DNA of 45,806 nucleotides from a virus (IMGVR_UViG_3300033076_000548:1-45806); one strand, 5' to 3'. Counted from the first letter of the stretch, positions 26,695 through 37,197 are shown. Notes: generated by a model not told the origin, from the letters alone. Translations and numbers: made by a program.

Positions 26695-27000
26695 TTATGG
26701 CTTAGTTGTGCCTAAATCTGTCCATGTCACTACACCAAGATTGCTGATGGTGCCTCTCCAATAATGTCCATTGGGACTCACTAGAACAATTCCTTTTGTT
26801 GAGTTGTCAGAAATAATGTCCCCAGGAACGTCCACTTTAGTAACACCATATCCAGCCAATGTAGTGGGAGTGTTGGTTACAATGGTCCAATCAATAGATG
26901 TTGTTTTGTCTACAAGATCTCTTAGCTTTTCATACCAGTCATTCCAGAAAGGGTGGCCTGGAGGCACTCCTGTTGGTGCAGGAGGTAGTTTAGTCGCCAT
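26695..27000 (-). CDS. small virion/tail protein
   Basis: MATKLPPAP...WNDWYEKLR; PTTLAGYG tail-fibre-type motif. Confidence 0.65.
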   Translation of the reverse strand: MATKLPPAPTGVPPGHPFWNDWYEKLRDLVDKTTSIDWTIVTNTPTTLAGYGVTKVDVPGDIISDNSTKGIVLVSPNGHYWRGTISNLGVVTWTDLGTTKP

Positions 27001-28787
27001 TATACCATACCACCAAGAATAAAACAAATGAGCTGTTCATAGATTAGACCACGCTTAATCGAACCATCTGGCATTTTGGTTTCTTTGTACATTTCATATT
27101 TGTACACATCCAGACCTTCACTTGTGAAAGCTTGCTCAACCTCCTGAGCTACCAGCCCACAATGTAACATAGCATTTTCACCCGACTTCTCAAAATCATC
27201 TTTCATCCAAAACAGCTTGATCAAAGAAGCCAATTTACGGGCGACAGCTTTTTCTTTATCTTCTAGTGGACGGGGATCTTTTTTGTAATTAGCATCAGAA
27301 GTTACAGTGAAAGCAACACGGGTGTTACCACCTGCCCAGTCTAAGGCACCAGTACCACAAAGAATGGTGTTGGCTGCGCCAGGCTCAATGCTGTTCCCTC
27401 CGGCCCTACCAATATAGAGCTTTAAACCAGCATTGGACCAAAACTCGTACCCATATGCTTGGTCTTGATAGAAAGTGGTGTTTGCTCCATTGACCCATTG
27501 GAAATACCCCATGCGAGTGCCTGCAAGATTCTCAAAACGAAACTGCTGAGCATCGCTTCTACCCTGATACACACGATTGTTTATAGGGCTTTTAACCTCC
27601 CAAGTGGCGTTTAAACCACCCAAAGTATAGTAGCTACCAGATGGATCGCCGGCCTGGAAGCCTTGGCTCAGCTCCTTGTAGTAGTTTGTTGGGGCACCGC
27701 CAATCGCTGTTTGAAACTTACAGTTGCGGTCTTTTACGACACCATTTACATTAGTATAAACACTGTTACCACCATTATTGAATATGGTAGTTTTATCTAA
27801 ATCTACAACGCCATTATTAATAAAAAAACCGTGTGAAGAGCTTTGACCTAGGAATGTACCAGAAATTCGAGCAGTCTTTTCATCGGTAGCACAAGAAAGA
27901 TAAAGCTCATGTTGTGAGAAATTCCCCTCACCGTGTGCACCCTCAATAATCAAAGATTGATTACCAGCAATACCAGACAGGTTCTGAAAATCCCATAGAC
28001 GAATACCTGCAACGTTTAAAGGATTGTTTGCTTCATACTCCGGGTTATAAAAATACCAGGAACCACCCAGTGCTTCTACAATCTTTTTGTTTTCTCTAAA
28101 AATACAATCTCTAAAAGTATTATGGTTGGCTAAAGACATCGGTGCGGATACACTCTGATCCCCATAGATGGCAGTTAGGTTTGTCCGAAAGTTGAGGCGC
28201 TCCCCAACAATCATACCAGCACCATTGGCGTATAAACCTATACTATTTCCCCAAAAACAAATATCCCTAAGAGTAACACCAAAGCAATCTCTAATCTTAA
28301 TACCAGTGTAGGAGCTACGTGTGGCATCAGAAGCATAGGATACACTACCAGGGAAAGCAAATATCTCTAAGCTCTCTACAATAGTAGGTAGTAAATATTC
28401 AGGGCCTGGACTGGCACTTAAACCAATCTCAAAGACATTACTAGTACTATTTTTAATGGTACATCCATTTCCTTTGATATGTACAGGAAATGCCTCATTA
28501 TGTAATGGAGTGGTTGTTTTAAATGTCCATCCAGGAGGGAAGTACACTGGAACTGGCGCTAGTAGGTTGGGGGAAATACCTGTTCTATTAAAATTTTGGG
28601 CGGCTGTAATAGCTTGCTGTATATATGAAGTGGCGTCAAATGTTGTTGTCCCAGCTGCACACGCCTCCCATTGAGCCTTGGGTAAGTACCGTAAAACATT
28701 CCCTTCTCCAAACAATGCTTGGTCCACATCATTGAGCCATTCGGCAGTGACTGGAGTAATTTGGTCTATAAAAGTTGTATGTGCCAT
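27000..28787 (-). CDS. tail spike/fibre with beta-helix and C-terminal intramolecular chaperone (peptidase S74-like)
   Basis: DATSYIQQAI...VYFPPG pectate-lyase-like start; TSDANYK autocleavage motif; GLVAQEV. Confidence 0.85.
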   Translation of the reverse strand: MAHTTFIDQITPVTAEWLNDVDQALFGEGNVLRYLPKAQWEACAAGTTTFDATSYIQQAITAAQNFNRTGISPNLLAPVPVYFPPGWTFKTTTPLHNEAFPVHIKGNGCTIKNSTSNVFEIGLSASPGPEYLLPTIVESLEIFAFPGSVSYASDATRSSYTGIKIRDCFGVTLRDICFWGNSIGLYANGAGMIVGERLNFRTNLTAIYGDQSVSAPMSLANHNTFRDCIFRENKKIVEALGGSWYFYNPEYEANNPLNVAGIRLWDFQNLSGIAGNQSLIIEGAHGEGNFSQHELYLSCATDEKTARISGTFLGQSSSHGFFINNGVVDLDKTTIFNNGGNSVYTNVNGVVKDRNCKFQTAIGGAPTNYYKELSQGFQAGDPSGSYYTLGGLNATWEVKSPINNRVYQGRSDAQQFRFENLAGTRMGYFQWVNGANTTFYQDQAYGYEFWSNAGLKLYIGRAGGNSIEPGAANTILCGTGALDWAGGNTRVAFTVTSDANYKKDPRPLEDKEKAVARKLASLIKLFWMKDDFEKSGENAMLHCGLVAQEVEQAFTSEGLDVYKYEMYKETKMPDGSIKRGLIYEQLICFILGGMV

Positions 28788-30271
28788 TAAGAATTCCCCA
28801 TGTTGATATCAACTTCTAGAGACTTTATCCTGAGAGGCTGATTGGCTGTGTATGTAAGTCTGAAAGCTCGTTCATTAAACGTACCAAGCTGTGTTGCTGT
28901 AGGCTTCTTCTGATTTAGATTTATTGTTCGAGCAACAGAGTAGGTTTGGTAGTCATCGTCTGTATACTCAATAGAAATGTTTGTATCCACAGGCGGGCGG
29001 TCCCCACGAACAACCAGCTTACCCATAGTTTTTTCTCTCACTGTATCAAAATCTTCCTTCTCAGTGATAATAGTACAAGTAAAATCAATTCCCACATCTC
29101 TGTATACAGTGTCATCTACCCTAAATAAATCCAAATTATTATACAAGCTGAAAACACTATAGGCTTTATTATCTGTAATAACACTAGTGGCATACTGCAT
29201 AGGGAACCTATTACTCAAATTACCTGCCCTTATCCATCTGTGCCAAAGTTGTGTCTCAAGCTCCATCGCCCATGTTCGGCCGTTGCTGCCTGTGTCTAAA
29301 ATGTAGAACTCACGCCCATACATTGAAACTATATTTCCAGATACATTCTGAATACTAGAGGTGAGCGCGGCTAGATGTTCTTTAACAACCTCATCAGCGG
29401 CAGGAGTAATCTTCATGTCCTCCAACACAAATACATTTGGAAGAGCACCATTGTAATTACCCACAAAGTAAATTTTATTCCCCAATCGTGCAAAACCACC
29501 TATGAAACCTACCATCTTTACTGGTGTATCATTACGTTGTAAGGGACTACCTGAACTATTACCGGCATCCCAAAAATATTCAATACTACTATTACCAAAA
29601 GCTAATAGGTAGTTGTTGAGACGAGACAGGTAAGTAACACGATCTCCTAATATCTCAGCGGTAATGTAGTTACCAGGTGTCCACGCCAGAGGGTCATTCA
29701 AATCACTGTTATAGATATCAGCGCTATCTTCCGCTACTAAAAATAAGTATCCGTCCAAACAAACAGGGTAAGGGAGATGTGCAGGTAGGTCAGCATCAGC
29801 ACTAGTTACTACAGTGTCACTAGAGTCAATAGTTACTACAGTTGTGCCATCGGTTGCTACGAGCTTTACAACACCTGTGTCGTACAAGAATAAATCTGTT
29901 CCTATAGGAGTACCAAGAGCAGAAAATACACCAGGTATAACACTATTTATTAACATTGTGGATGCTGTATAAGTGTATACGTCACCAGCGATGAACAAAT
30001 ACAGCCTGTCCTCCTCCGGCCAGAAAAACATTCCTCGAATTGCCCCACTAGAAATGGGGGAGTTGTCAATTATTTTAGTACTACCCGCTCTCTTAATAAC
30101 TTCTAAATAATTCTCTTGTGTCACCTTGTTCTTAGTAAAGTCTGGGAACACATTTACATAACTGTTGTCTTTTGTCTCTCCAGTAAACACACCACGACTA
30201 TTAAGTTCTTTGAACAAAGGGATGTGTTTAGTGGAATATGTACTTTCTACAGGAGTTTTAGATTTAGCCAT
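28787..30271 (-). CDS. tail hub/DNA stabilisation protein (P22 gp10-like)
   Basis: Beta-rich, about 494 aa; LDGYLF, AFGNSSIEYF; follows the adaptor gene. Confidence 0.7.
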   Translation of the reverse strand: MAKSKTPVESTYSTKHIPLFKELNSRGVFTGETKDNSYVNVFPDFTKNKVTQENYLEVIKRAGSTKIIDNSPISSGAIRGMFFWPEEDRLYLFIAGDVYTYTASTMLINSVIPGVFSALGTPIGTDLFLYDTGVVKLVATDGTTVVTIDSSDTVVTSADADLPAHLPYPVCLDGYLFLVAEDSADIYNSDLNDPLAWTPGNYITAEILGDRVTYLSRLNNYLLAFGNSSIEYFWDAGNSSGSPLQRNDTPVKMVGFIGGFARLGNKIYFVGNYNGALPNVFVLEDMKITPAADEVVKEHLAALTSSIQNVSGNIVSMYGREFYILDTGSNGRTWAMELETQLWHRWIRAGNLSNRFPMQYATSVITDNKAYSVFSLYNNLDLFRVDDTVYRDVGIDFTCTIITEKEDFDTVREKTMGKLVVRGDRPPVDTNISIEYTDDDYQTYSVARTINLNQKKPTATQLGTFNERAFRLTYTANQPLRIKSLEVDINMGNS

Positions 30272-30974
30272 GGTATTCTGGAGAGAAGTAGATGGAAGCA
30301 TCATCTCCACCAAAACTTGTCACAATAGCCTCATGAGCTGCTGCTTCTTGGAGAAGAAGTTGGCGGTCTTGAAGAGGTACAGAGTATTCAGGAGCTAGTG
30401 CTACTGCCAGCTTGTAAATAAGCGTTTGATGCCATTCTTGAGGGAAGTCGGCAGTTTCTCCAGAAGCTGTGAAATTTTCAAACGGACGTTGGTATACCAG
30501 CTTGACAGTTTTTGTACTAGCTGTTGCTGCATCTGGTGTAGGCCAGAAACGAAGCTCTCCAACATTAATTTTAGGTTGATATACCACATATACAGGAACA
30601 CCCCCAGAAGAATTAGTAGGATATTTGTTATATTCATAGACACTCTCAATCCTCAAATCAATACGAGTGCCTGAAGTGTCGATAAGAACAGCTTGGTGGA
30701 GCTTTAGTGGAAATGGTGTATTGAGTGTTTGCCCAACACCAATTGAATAAGTGGGTACATTTGCTGTGAGATTAAATGTGTACTCTTTTCTAGCCCAAAG
30801 CTGCATACCAAGTGTTTGAAGTTCTGCAATCACTGCATTGAAAGCAATAGCACCATTGGCATAATCAAATGAATCTGGTGATGCTGTTTTGTCATATCGA
30901 GCCAGTTTTCTAAGAGCAGCCGCTATAAACTCATTACGTGTGAGTTGCCAGGATGTATTTCCAGATGTAGCCAT
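30264..30974 (-). CDS. head-tail adaptor (P22 gp4/tubular protein A-like)
   Basis: IAAALRKL...DFPQEWHQTLIYKLAVALAPEY. Confidence 0.7.
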   Translation of the reverse strand: MATSGNTSWQLTRNEFIAAALRKLARYDKTASPDSFDYANGAIAFNAVIAELQTLGMQLWARKEYTFNLTANVPTYSIGVGQTLNTPFPLKLHQAVLIDTSGTRIDLRIESVYEYNKYPTNSSGGVPVYVVYQPKINVGELRFWPTPDAATASTKTVKLVYQRPFENFTASGETADFPQEWHQTLIYKLAVALAPEYSVPLQDRQLLLQEAAAHEAIVTSFGGDDASIYFSPEYHG

Positions 30975-30985
30975 TTAACCTCCCT

Positions 30986-31285
30986 TTAAAAACTAGCTTT
31001 TGACACATAACCAGCAGTCATACAACCAGCAACACCAGCACCAGCCAATCCTTGACGTGTATACTCTGTACAAACGTCAAGAAAAACATCATCAGGTGGT
31101 GAACGGACAAAAGCAGGGGTTATGTCTTCTTTTGGTATACGAATAGAGAGTTGAGGATGTTTAACTTCCCAATCTTTTTCACAGACAATAAGCCCATCCC
31201 AACGTTTCTTTACTTCTGTATTCTGAAACCTAAATCCACAAACATCACATATAACACTCCATCGACCTACTTTAGCTTTGTCCAT
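30986..31285 (-). CDS. conserved Cys-containing virion-module protein
   Basis: ICDVCGF...WDGLIVCEKDWEVKHPQ. Confidence 0.7.
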   Translation of the reverse strand: MDKAKVGRWSVICDVCGFRFQNTEVKKRWDGLIVCEKDWEVKHPQLSIRIPKEDITPAFVRSPPDDVFLDVCTEYTRQGLAGAGVAGCMTAGYVSKASF

Positions 31286-31517
31286 TGGTAGCCCGTCTAT
31301 ACTGCCTAATTTCTGTCTTCAGCTCATTTAAGACATCAAACAGCTCTTGTTTAAACTCCCGAAAGTCTTCCTTTTTATGGCAACTTTCTTGTGTTTCTCT
31401 TAACCCCTGACGGAGTTCCTTAAGTTGGTCTCTTGTGTCACTAGCGCTCTGTTGCATAAAAAACATCACCACCCCCATCAATGCGTTTATAATAAACAAT
31501 ACAATTGTTAAATCCAT
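31272..31517 (-). CDS. small membrane protein with coiled coil (holin/antiholin-like)
   Basis: One N-terminal TM helix followed by a charged helix. Confidence 0.55.
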   Translation of the reverse strand: MDLTIVLFIINALMGVVMFFMQQSASDTRDQLKELRQGLRETQESCHKKEDFREFKQELFDVLNELKTEIRQYRRATNGQS

Positions 31518-31533
31518 ACACCACCTGTAAATT

Positions 31534-32694
31534 CTAGGCACCAATCATAGACATCAGTGCATTGGCATAGACACGCGCCTGATCTAAGTAACCTGCGGCG
31601 GATCTGTGGTTGCCATCATACTCCCAACCAAGCGCGTTAGTAGCAGCCCAAGTGGACCACTCTTTCTGCATAGAAATAAACAAAGCATTGTAGAGCCCAG
31701 CCACCTTTTTAGCTTCAGCCTCAATACCAACGCTGGTACCATTTGTCCAACCTGCACTTGTACCATTACCCCCTGTGGACACAATTAAATCTCCATACCG
31801 CACTACAAAGTCAGCAATGTAAGAGAGGTTGGTGTTAAAGGTAGACCTAGAAGTTGGAGCTAAAACATCATTGATAAACAAGGCAACAATTGACAAATCG
31901 GGTTTGATCAGAGGGTAATACCCCATACCATCCCATACATTAGTGGTGTTGTTAAAAGTACCTGCGGTTGCACCAGAGAAAGAGTGGCGGGTAACAATAA
32001 TAGACTTTTCCGCAGAATTCCAAGCAATCATACCAGCAATGTAACAGTTGTTGGCACCGTTGTTTTTAACCTTAATAATACCATCTGTAAGGGCAGCAGT
32101 TACTTGAAACACACCAGTTGCAGCAGTACCATTGGTGTTTAAAGATGTGAGCAGAGTATCACTACTATTGTATATACCAACTGAGGCGCTGTTTGTAGGA
32201 TTTACTACCATGTAAATTTCTACATCTGTCACAGGGGAACCAAAATTGTATTGGAAATAGCCAGCAGAAGCGGCAGAACCTACCATATGACTACCACCCA
32301 GAGCAAACTGTGTACTACCAGTTGTACGTGCCCAACCTGTTCCTAAAGTGATACGGGGGTTGTACTCAGAAACAGGTACCGCATTATTATTAGAGTTACC
32401 TTCCCCAAACCATGAAGTATTGCGAAGCACTAAACCACCTAGTGTAGGTGCCCAGGTGGAAATCTTCTCCATTGGACCTTTACCAAAAGAATTTGTGAGC
32501 TTCGGTACAGTACCAGTACCGTCACCCGCTCCCTCCCCTGTAAAATTACTATCGCCAATACCTGCCAGAATAATAGGACGAGTTCGGAGACCTCTGGTGT
32601 AGGCAGCTATGGCAGACCTAAAAGCTGAACCAAAAGCAGCAAATTTTTCTTCTGGGCTTCCTCCAGAAACTCGTGTGTTTACTACAGAGCCCAT
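31534..32694 (-). CDS. SGNH/GDSL hydrolase-domain virion protein
   Basis: Block I GDSNF, block II SGAT, block III INDV, block V DGNH. Confidence 0.78.
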   Translation of the reverse strand: MGSVVNTRVSGGSPEEKFAAFGSAFRSAIAAYTRGLRTRPIILAGIGDSNFTGEGAGDGTGTVPKLTNSFGKGPMEKISTWAPTLGGLVLRNTSWFGEGNSNNNAVPVSEYNPRITLGTGWARTTGSTQFALGGSHMVGSAASAGYFQYNFGSPVTDVEIYMVVNPTNSASVGIYNSSDTLLTSLNTNGTAATGVFQVTAALTDGIIKVKNNGANNCYIAGMIAWNSAEKSIIVTRHSFSGATAGTFNNTTNVWDGMGYYPLIKPDLSIVALFINDVLAPTSRSTFNTNLSYIADFVVRYGDLIVSTGGNGTSAGWTNGTSVGIEAEAKKVAGLYNALFISMQKEWSTWAATNALGWEYDGNHRSAAGYLDQARVYANALMSMIGA

Positions 32695-32696
32695 AT

Positions 32697-33044
32697 TTAT
32701 ACCCCCATCTTTACAGTGATAGAAATTCCCGTACCAGAAGATGAGGAGACAACAGCCCTAATATACTTCCAAGGGGCGTTTTGTGTCACAAACCCATCAC
32801 TTGCAAATGTAGTTCCAGAAAGAGAAATTACACCTAAAGAAGTGGATACGGCATACGTCTGGTCATTACTACATTGAATAGTAACAGTGGCCGCAACAGC
32901 ACCCGTACCTACTATAGTTGCTTGAATAGCTGAATTGGGACTATCTTTATAAACCCATTTACCTGTACCATCTGCTGTAAATTCTGTGGTAGTTGGCCCA
33001 GGAAGGTCCATAACTTTCCCACTTTTAACCCATACATTACTCAT
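32697..33044 (-). CDS. small beta-rich virion protein
   Basis: TVTIQCSND...WKYIRAVV. Confidence 0.65.
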   Translation of the reverse strand: MSNVWVKSGKVMDLPGPTTTEFTADGTGKWVYKDSPNSAIQATIVGTGAVAATVTIQCSNDQTYAVSTSLGVISLSGTTFASDGFVTQNAPWKYIRAVVSSSSGTGISITVKMGV

Positions 33045-33058
33045 TTTATTCCCCCAAG

Positions 33059-33085
33059 GAAAAGGCTAGCCCACGCTAGCCTGTT
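33059..33085 (-). terminator. putative intrinsic terminator
   Basis: AGGCTAGC/GCTAGCCT stem followed by T run on the minus strand. Confidence 0.6.
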
Positions 33086-33088
33086 TAA

Positions 33089-33841
33089 TTACCGCTCGCA
33101 AACAAAACGCATGTAGTCTACATAGTTTGTAGCACCACCGGCGCCATCACCATTAAGCACACCAATAAACGGAGACATAGCAACACTAGTGGGGATGGTG
33201 GAAGCTGCCCCGCTCCAAAGTACACTTAGTTTGCCATCAACATATCCACGAAGTTTTACACCATCATAATGGATAGCTAGAGTATGCCAAGTGTTGGCTA
33301 CCAGAGAACGTGTCCCCGTTTGGACAGTTGTACCACTATTACTGGCATCTGCCAATATACCAGTGGTGGCGCTGCCATCCAAAATACCAAATGAAACCAG
33401 ATTGGCTGCTGTAGTAGTCCACAAATCCTCTGGGTTGGTAGTTGCAGTGAGATCACTTAAACCAAATTGAATAGTATTATCTGTAACGTCATCAGTACGA
33501 ATAAGCACTTCCATAAAGAAACGCTTGCCTACAGTAAGTTGAACACTTTTAGGCATGTAGATTGATATACCCTCACTCGCAGTGGCGTCACCAAGACTTA
33601 AGACACCTTCGCTACCAATACCCGCTGCTGTAGAGGTTGTTGCAGTGGCACCTGTGTCAATAACAGCAGCGGTCCAACCAGTTGGGACATTTGATGTAAC
33701 TAGACGATTGAAATCGTCCATAAACACACAAAACTCTGCTGAGCTAATCATACCCATACCTGAACGGTAGGAATATTTGGCTTGAGGGCTATTTACAGCA
33801 TGAACAATAGTTTCAGTAAAACCAGCACCATTACTAGACAT
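33089..33841 (-). CDS. ConA/LamG-like virion protein
   Basis: WHTLAIHYDG..LRGYVDG motif; immediately after the capsid gene. Confidence 0.65.
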   Translation of the reverse strand: MSSNGAGFTETIVHAVNSPQAKYSYRSGMGMISSAEFCVFMDDFNRLVTSNVPTGWTAAVIDTGATATTSTAAGIGSEGVLSLGDATASEGISIYMPKSVQLTVGKRFFMEVLIRTDDVTDNTIQFGLSDLTATTNPEDLWTTTAANLVSFGILDGSATTGILADASNSGTTVQTGTRSLVANTWHTLAIHYDGVKLRGYVDGKLSVLWSGAASTIPTSVAMSPFIGVLNGDGAGGATNYVDYMRFVCER

Positions 33842-33950
33842 TATATTTTCTCCAACAAAATAATAAAGGGCCTCTCACCCACCCGTGTGTTTTACTAACA
33901 CATAAACATTTCTAAGCAAACTACTTTATCAATATAGTGCTATAGAAGCA

Positions 33951-34859
33951 TCAAGCACCCGGTGAGGCGTAGGCTCCACGAGGATCAGTCCAACCAGCAA
34001 CGAAACGCATCCGACCCATATACTTCAGGTTGGTAGTATCGAAGTCAGTGGTGTCGTCAAAACTGTCCGCCACGCGGTCAAACGTCTTCAGCCCGTCTGG
34101 TGCGTTGGTCTTGATAAACCAGGCATCAGCATCAGTCAGATAGTGATTGACCACCATTTCAGGGATGATACCCAGGGTTTTCAGAGCGTTCAGATCGTTG
34201 TTAGCAGTGCCAACACGACCGTCAGTCTTCAGAATACGTTGGGCTTCAAACATCAGTTCCTTGGGAACGATGAGCTTTTTAGCCATGAAACGCTTTTTGT
34301 TGCCACGGTCATCAGTGAAACCAGAGATGTCAATGGCGGCTTGCTCAAGAGCAGCTTCTGACAGGTCAGCAGCGACAGCTAGAGTGTTGCTCCAGCTACC
34401 ACCAGCAAACAGGGGGTGAGAAGTGCTGAACAACTCCTTACCGTCTGCACCCACATAGGAGCTGTTAAAACCACGGTTGAGAATGTTTGCATGAACCACT
34501 TCACGGGTTTCACGCATAGACTCAGCAAGGGCTGAAGCGCGTTTCTGACCAATCACAGCATATTGGTCATCTTCGATCATTTCCTTGGTGATGATAAAAC
34601 CCAGGGTGTAGGTGTCATGACGATAGACAGCACGGAAGCCTTGGCGGGCGCTGTCATAAGAAATAGCAGCACCTTCAGGCTTGATCTGAAACAGACCAAA
34701 ACCAGAGAAACCCATTTCTTCTTCAAAAGCCTTATCAGAGCTGAATTTGTCAAAGATTTGGGTGTATTCGGTAGGCCATGCTTCATAAGCAGTACCCCAC
34801 CACTTGCGGATACCAGGCCAGAGTGCTTTTGCAAAGCTGCTAGTATTAATTGTACTCAT
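33951..34859 (-). CDS. major capsid protein
   Basis: 302 aa; SDKAFEE, KPEG, GADGKELFSTSHP, LIVP, GWTDPRG; downstream of the scaffold gene. Confidence 0.88.
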   Translation of the reverse strand: MSTINTSSFAKALWPGIRKWWGTAYEAWPTEYTQIFDKFSSDKAFEEEMGFSGFGLFQIKPEGAAISYDSARQGFRAVYRHDTYTLGFIITKEMIEDDQYAVIGQKRASALAESMRETREVVHANILNRGFNSSYVGADGKELFSTSHPLFAGGSWSNTLAVAADLSEAALEQAAIDISGFTDDRGNKKRFMAKKLIVPKELMFEAQRILKTDGRVGTANNDLNALKTLGIIPEMVVNHYLTDADAWFIKTNAPDGLKTFDRVADSFDDTTDFDTTNLKYMGRMRFVAGWTDPRGAYASPGA

Positions 34860-34862
34860 GTA

Positions 34863-35453
34863 TTAAACTCCAGAAATAAACGAATGATATTGGTGTGCGT
34901 TACACAGCACCAGCACCTCCGCAGGGCGGGAAGTGGAAGTAGGGTCGTTATCAGGAGAATCAACAATACCAACAACTTTCCAAGGCAGAGTGCTGGTAGC
35001 GGCCACAGTGGAGCTGTCAATAGTCATAATTGAAGCACCAGGAGATGTAGCAACACCATCAGCACCTGGCGCCATAGCCACGTTTAGACCAATAGAGTTG
35101 ACACTAATAACACCGCCAACAGCGTCTTGAGGTGCTGCAAAAATAATAGTAGGGTCGTCTGCAACAAGAGCAACCCGGCGGGTAAGAGTTTGACGGATGT
35201 TAGGTAGATTGAGATTGCTTGTGTCAACTTCAAAACCAACCACAACACCAAGAATGGGGCCAGTAGTGGTAGACGTAGAACGCTCACACGCAGGATAAGG
35301 AGCGTCAGAGTTACCATCGCTCAGCTTAACCACGTCACCCACGTTAATAACCAGCGCTTCAGACGCTGGGACAATATAACGGTTGAGCTGCCCGTTAAAG
35401 GGACTACCGTTAATATGCTTTACAGGCTTGAAACCTGCGAGTACACTTGCCAT
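34863..35453 (-). CDS. capsid decoration/cement protein
   Basis: GFKPV...GDVV...GVVVG...VADDP; directly upstream of the capsid gene. Confidence 0.65.
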   Translation of the reverse strand: MASVLAGFKPVKHINGSPFNGQLNRYIVPASEALVINVGDVVKLSDGNSDAPYPACERSTSTTTGPILGVVVGFEVDTSNLNLPNIRQTLTRRVALVADDPTIIFAAPQDAVGGVISVNSIGLNVAMAPGADGVATSPGASIMTIDSSTVAATSTLPWKVVGIVDSPDNDPTSTSRPAEVLVLCNAHQYHSFISGV

Positions 35454-35475
35454 TTAAATTTCCTTCATAAGAACC

Positions 35476-35865
35476 TTATTTATTAGGTTCGAGATTTTTA
35501 CGAATTTCTTCAGCGGATTGATCCACCAATCCCTGCTTTTCCTTTTGGTATTCATCATACCAATCACGAGGAATACGCATAGGTACACCAGTAGCACCAC
35601 CACCTACAGAAATAACACCGGTACGTCCAATACCTTTACCAATGTCAGCACGTTGCTCACCAATATCAACACCAGGAACAACTTCCCAACCCATTGCTTT
35701 AAGATCCTCCACCCGTGTAATTCGGGCCTCACTATCTACAGCAGCAATGCGGTAGACATAGTTGGGATCTTGGTTGGTAATTGACAGACGATTGCGGCCT
35801 GCCAGATTTGTCCGCTTGGGACGTTGGGGGGCCTGCTTTACATTTAGTTGGCGGTCATTAGACAT
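35476..35865 (-). CDS. hypothetical head-module protein
   Basis: DPNYVYR...GWEVV...MRIPRDWY. Confidence 0.7.
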   Translation of the reverse strand: MSNDRQLNVKQAPQRPKRTNLAGRNRLSITNQDPNYVYRIAAVDSEARITRVEDLKAMGWEVVPGVDIGEQRADIGKGIGRTGVISVGGGATGVPMRIPRDWYDEYQKEKQGLVDQSAEEIRKNLEPNK

Positions 35866-36665
35866 TATTCTTTCTCCATAGACTTTAGTTCAGCAATATA
35901 TTGTTCCCTGGTCATAACCTTGGTACGCTCCAATGAACGCCACACCTTCTCTTGTTCAGGAGTCATCTTGAAGACAGATGTACCTCCTTTAGGAGTGGTT
36001 TTACCTGTGCTCTCTACTGAGCCAGGCTTGTCACGGTTGGGATTGCGGAACTTATGAGGAAACTCTTCCTTAACAGCGGCTTCAATCTTCTTAAGTGCTT
36101 CTTGCTGTGTCAGACTACCTGCACGAACTTCAGCACCAAGGCGCTGGCCCATCTGGTCTGCAAACACACGCATGTGTGTTTGATTGGTATACCAGGGGTT
36201 GCGATTGATCCAGCTTTGTAACTCAGGGTGTATTTGAGGCTGCTCCAGTTTAATCTTTTCAGCAGCTTCTAGCAGCTCTTGCTTCTCCGCTTCAGCAGCG
36301 GCCTTCTTCTCTTCAATAGCATCAAAAGCGTCCGCATCTCCCTCTCGGATAGCTGTCTTTTGTTGTGCTTTGAGTTCTTTCATTGCTTTGTTGTAAGCAA
36401 CTTCAGCAATTTTAATATGGTGTTCTTTAAGCGCTTCCAATGCTTGGTTTGTAGCCTTGTTTGATTGCTTAAGCTCTGCAATCTTCTCAAACAAAGGTGC
36501 GCGGCCTACAAACTCTTTAGCATCAACAAAGTCAGCTTCATCACCATCAAATTCTTCTAACGGGCGCCAGCCCATCTCCATAGCCTTCAGCTCTACGGCA
36601 GAGTATTGCTTTTCTGTAGGAGTATTTTCTTGTCCTTCTTCAGGAGTATTATTCTCTAGAGTCAT
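35865..36665 (-). CDS. scaffolding protein
   Basis: Acidic coiled coil; AMEMGWRP and WINRNPWY; lies between portal and capsid. Confidence 0.75.
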   Translation of the reverse strand: MTLENNTPEEGQENTPTEKQYSAVELKAMEMGWRPLEEFDGDEADFVDAKEFVGRAPLFEKIAELKQSNKATNQALEALKEHHIKIAEVAYNKAMKELKAQQKTAIREGDADAFDAIEEKKAAAEAEKQELLEAAEKIKLEQPQIHPELQSWINRNPWYTNQTHMRVFADQMGQRLGAEVRAGSLTQQEALKKIEAAVKEEFPHKFRNPNRDKPGSVESTGKTTPKGGTSVFKMTPEQEKVWRSLERTKVMTREQYIAELKSMEKE

Positions 36666-36667
36666 TA

Positions 36668-37003
36668 TTATTCTTTCTTAGTAGTCAAAACAGCAGCAAT
36701 GTCACCATCATTCAACAGGAGATAAACTTCATCATCTTCCGGATCGTCAATGTACATACCACCATGACGAACATAAGCGACTAAATCACCCTCCTTAACC
36801 CAGGGAATACCATCAGCATATTCCTTATAGGCAGTTGGGCCGATAGCTACAACAACACCAGTGGAGACACCAATTTGTTTTTTCTTGGTTGTGTCCTCAG
36901 TGAGAACAATACCAAATTGTTTTGCTGCTTTAATTACTTCGTCAACCTCTTCTACTTTTTGAGGCTTTACTAAAACATGATGACCTGTAGGCTTAATACT
37001 CAT
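36668..37003 (-). CDS. groES: GroES/Cpn10 co-chaperonin
   Basis: IKPTGHHVLVKP, GIVL, GVVVAIGP, VKEGDLV, LLNDGDIAAV. Confidence 0.88.
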   Translation of the reverse strand: MSIKPTGHHVLVKPQKVEEVDEVIKAAKQFGIVLTEDTTKKKQIGVSTGVVVAIGPTAYKEYADGIPWVKEGDLVAYVRHGGMYIDDPEDDEVYLLLNDGDIAAVLTTKKE

Positions 37004-37197
37004 TCAGACTCCTCTGAAACATTAATATCTAAAACATTTGACATCGCTTTGATGTATCCTTGTAAGCTCTGTACTTCATCAAGAGGAGCACCACACAGGG
37101 CCTCCTTGTGCATTAACAAACTCTCTTTGATCACATCAAGAAATGCTTGTGTTACTTCTTGGGATTTCCAGGCTTGGAATTCTTGTTTGCTGATAAT
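37000..37197 (-). CDS. small portal-adjacent protein (65 aa), probable ATT start; absent from the ORF track
   Basis: SD AAGGAG 8 nt before ATT; (M)ISKQEFQAWKSQEVTQAF...LQGYIKAM; stop overlaps the groES ATG. Confidence 0.65.
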   Translation of the reverse strand: MISKQEFQAWKSQEVTQAFLDVIKESLLMHKEALCGAPLDEVQSLQGYIKAMSNVLDINVSEESE

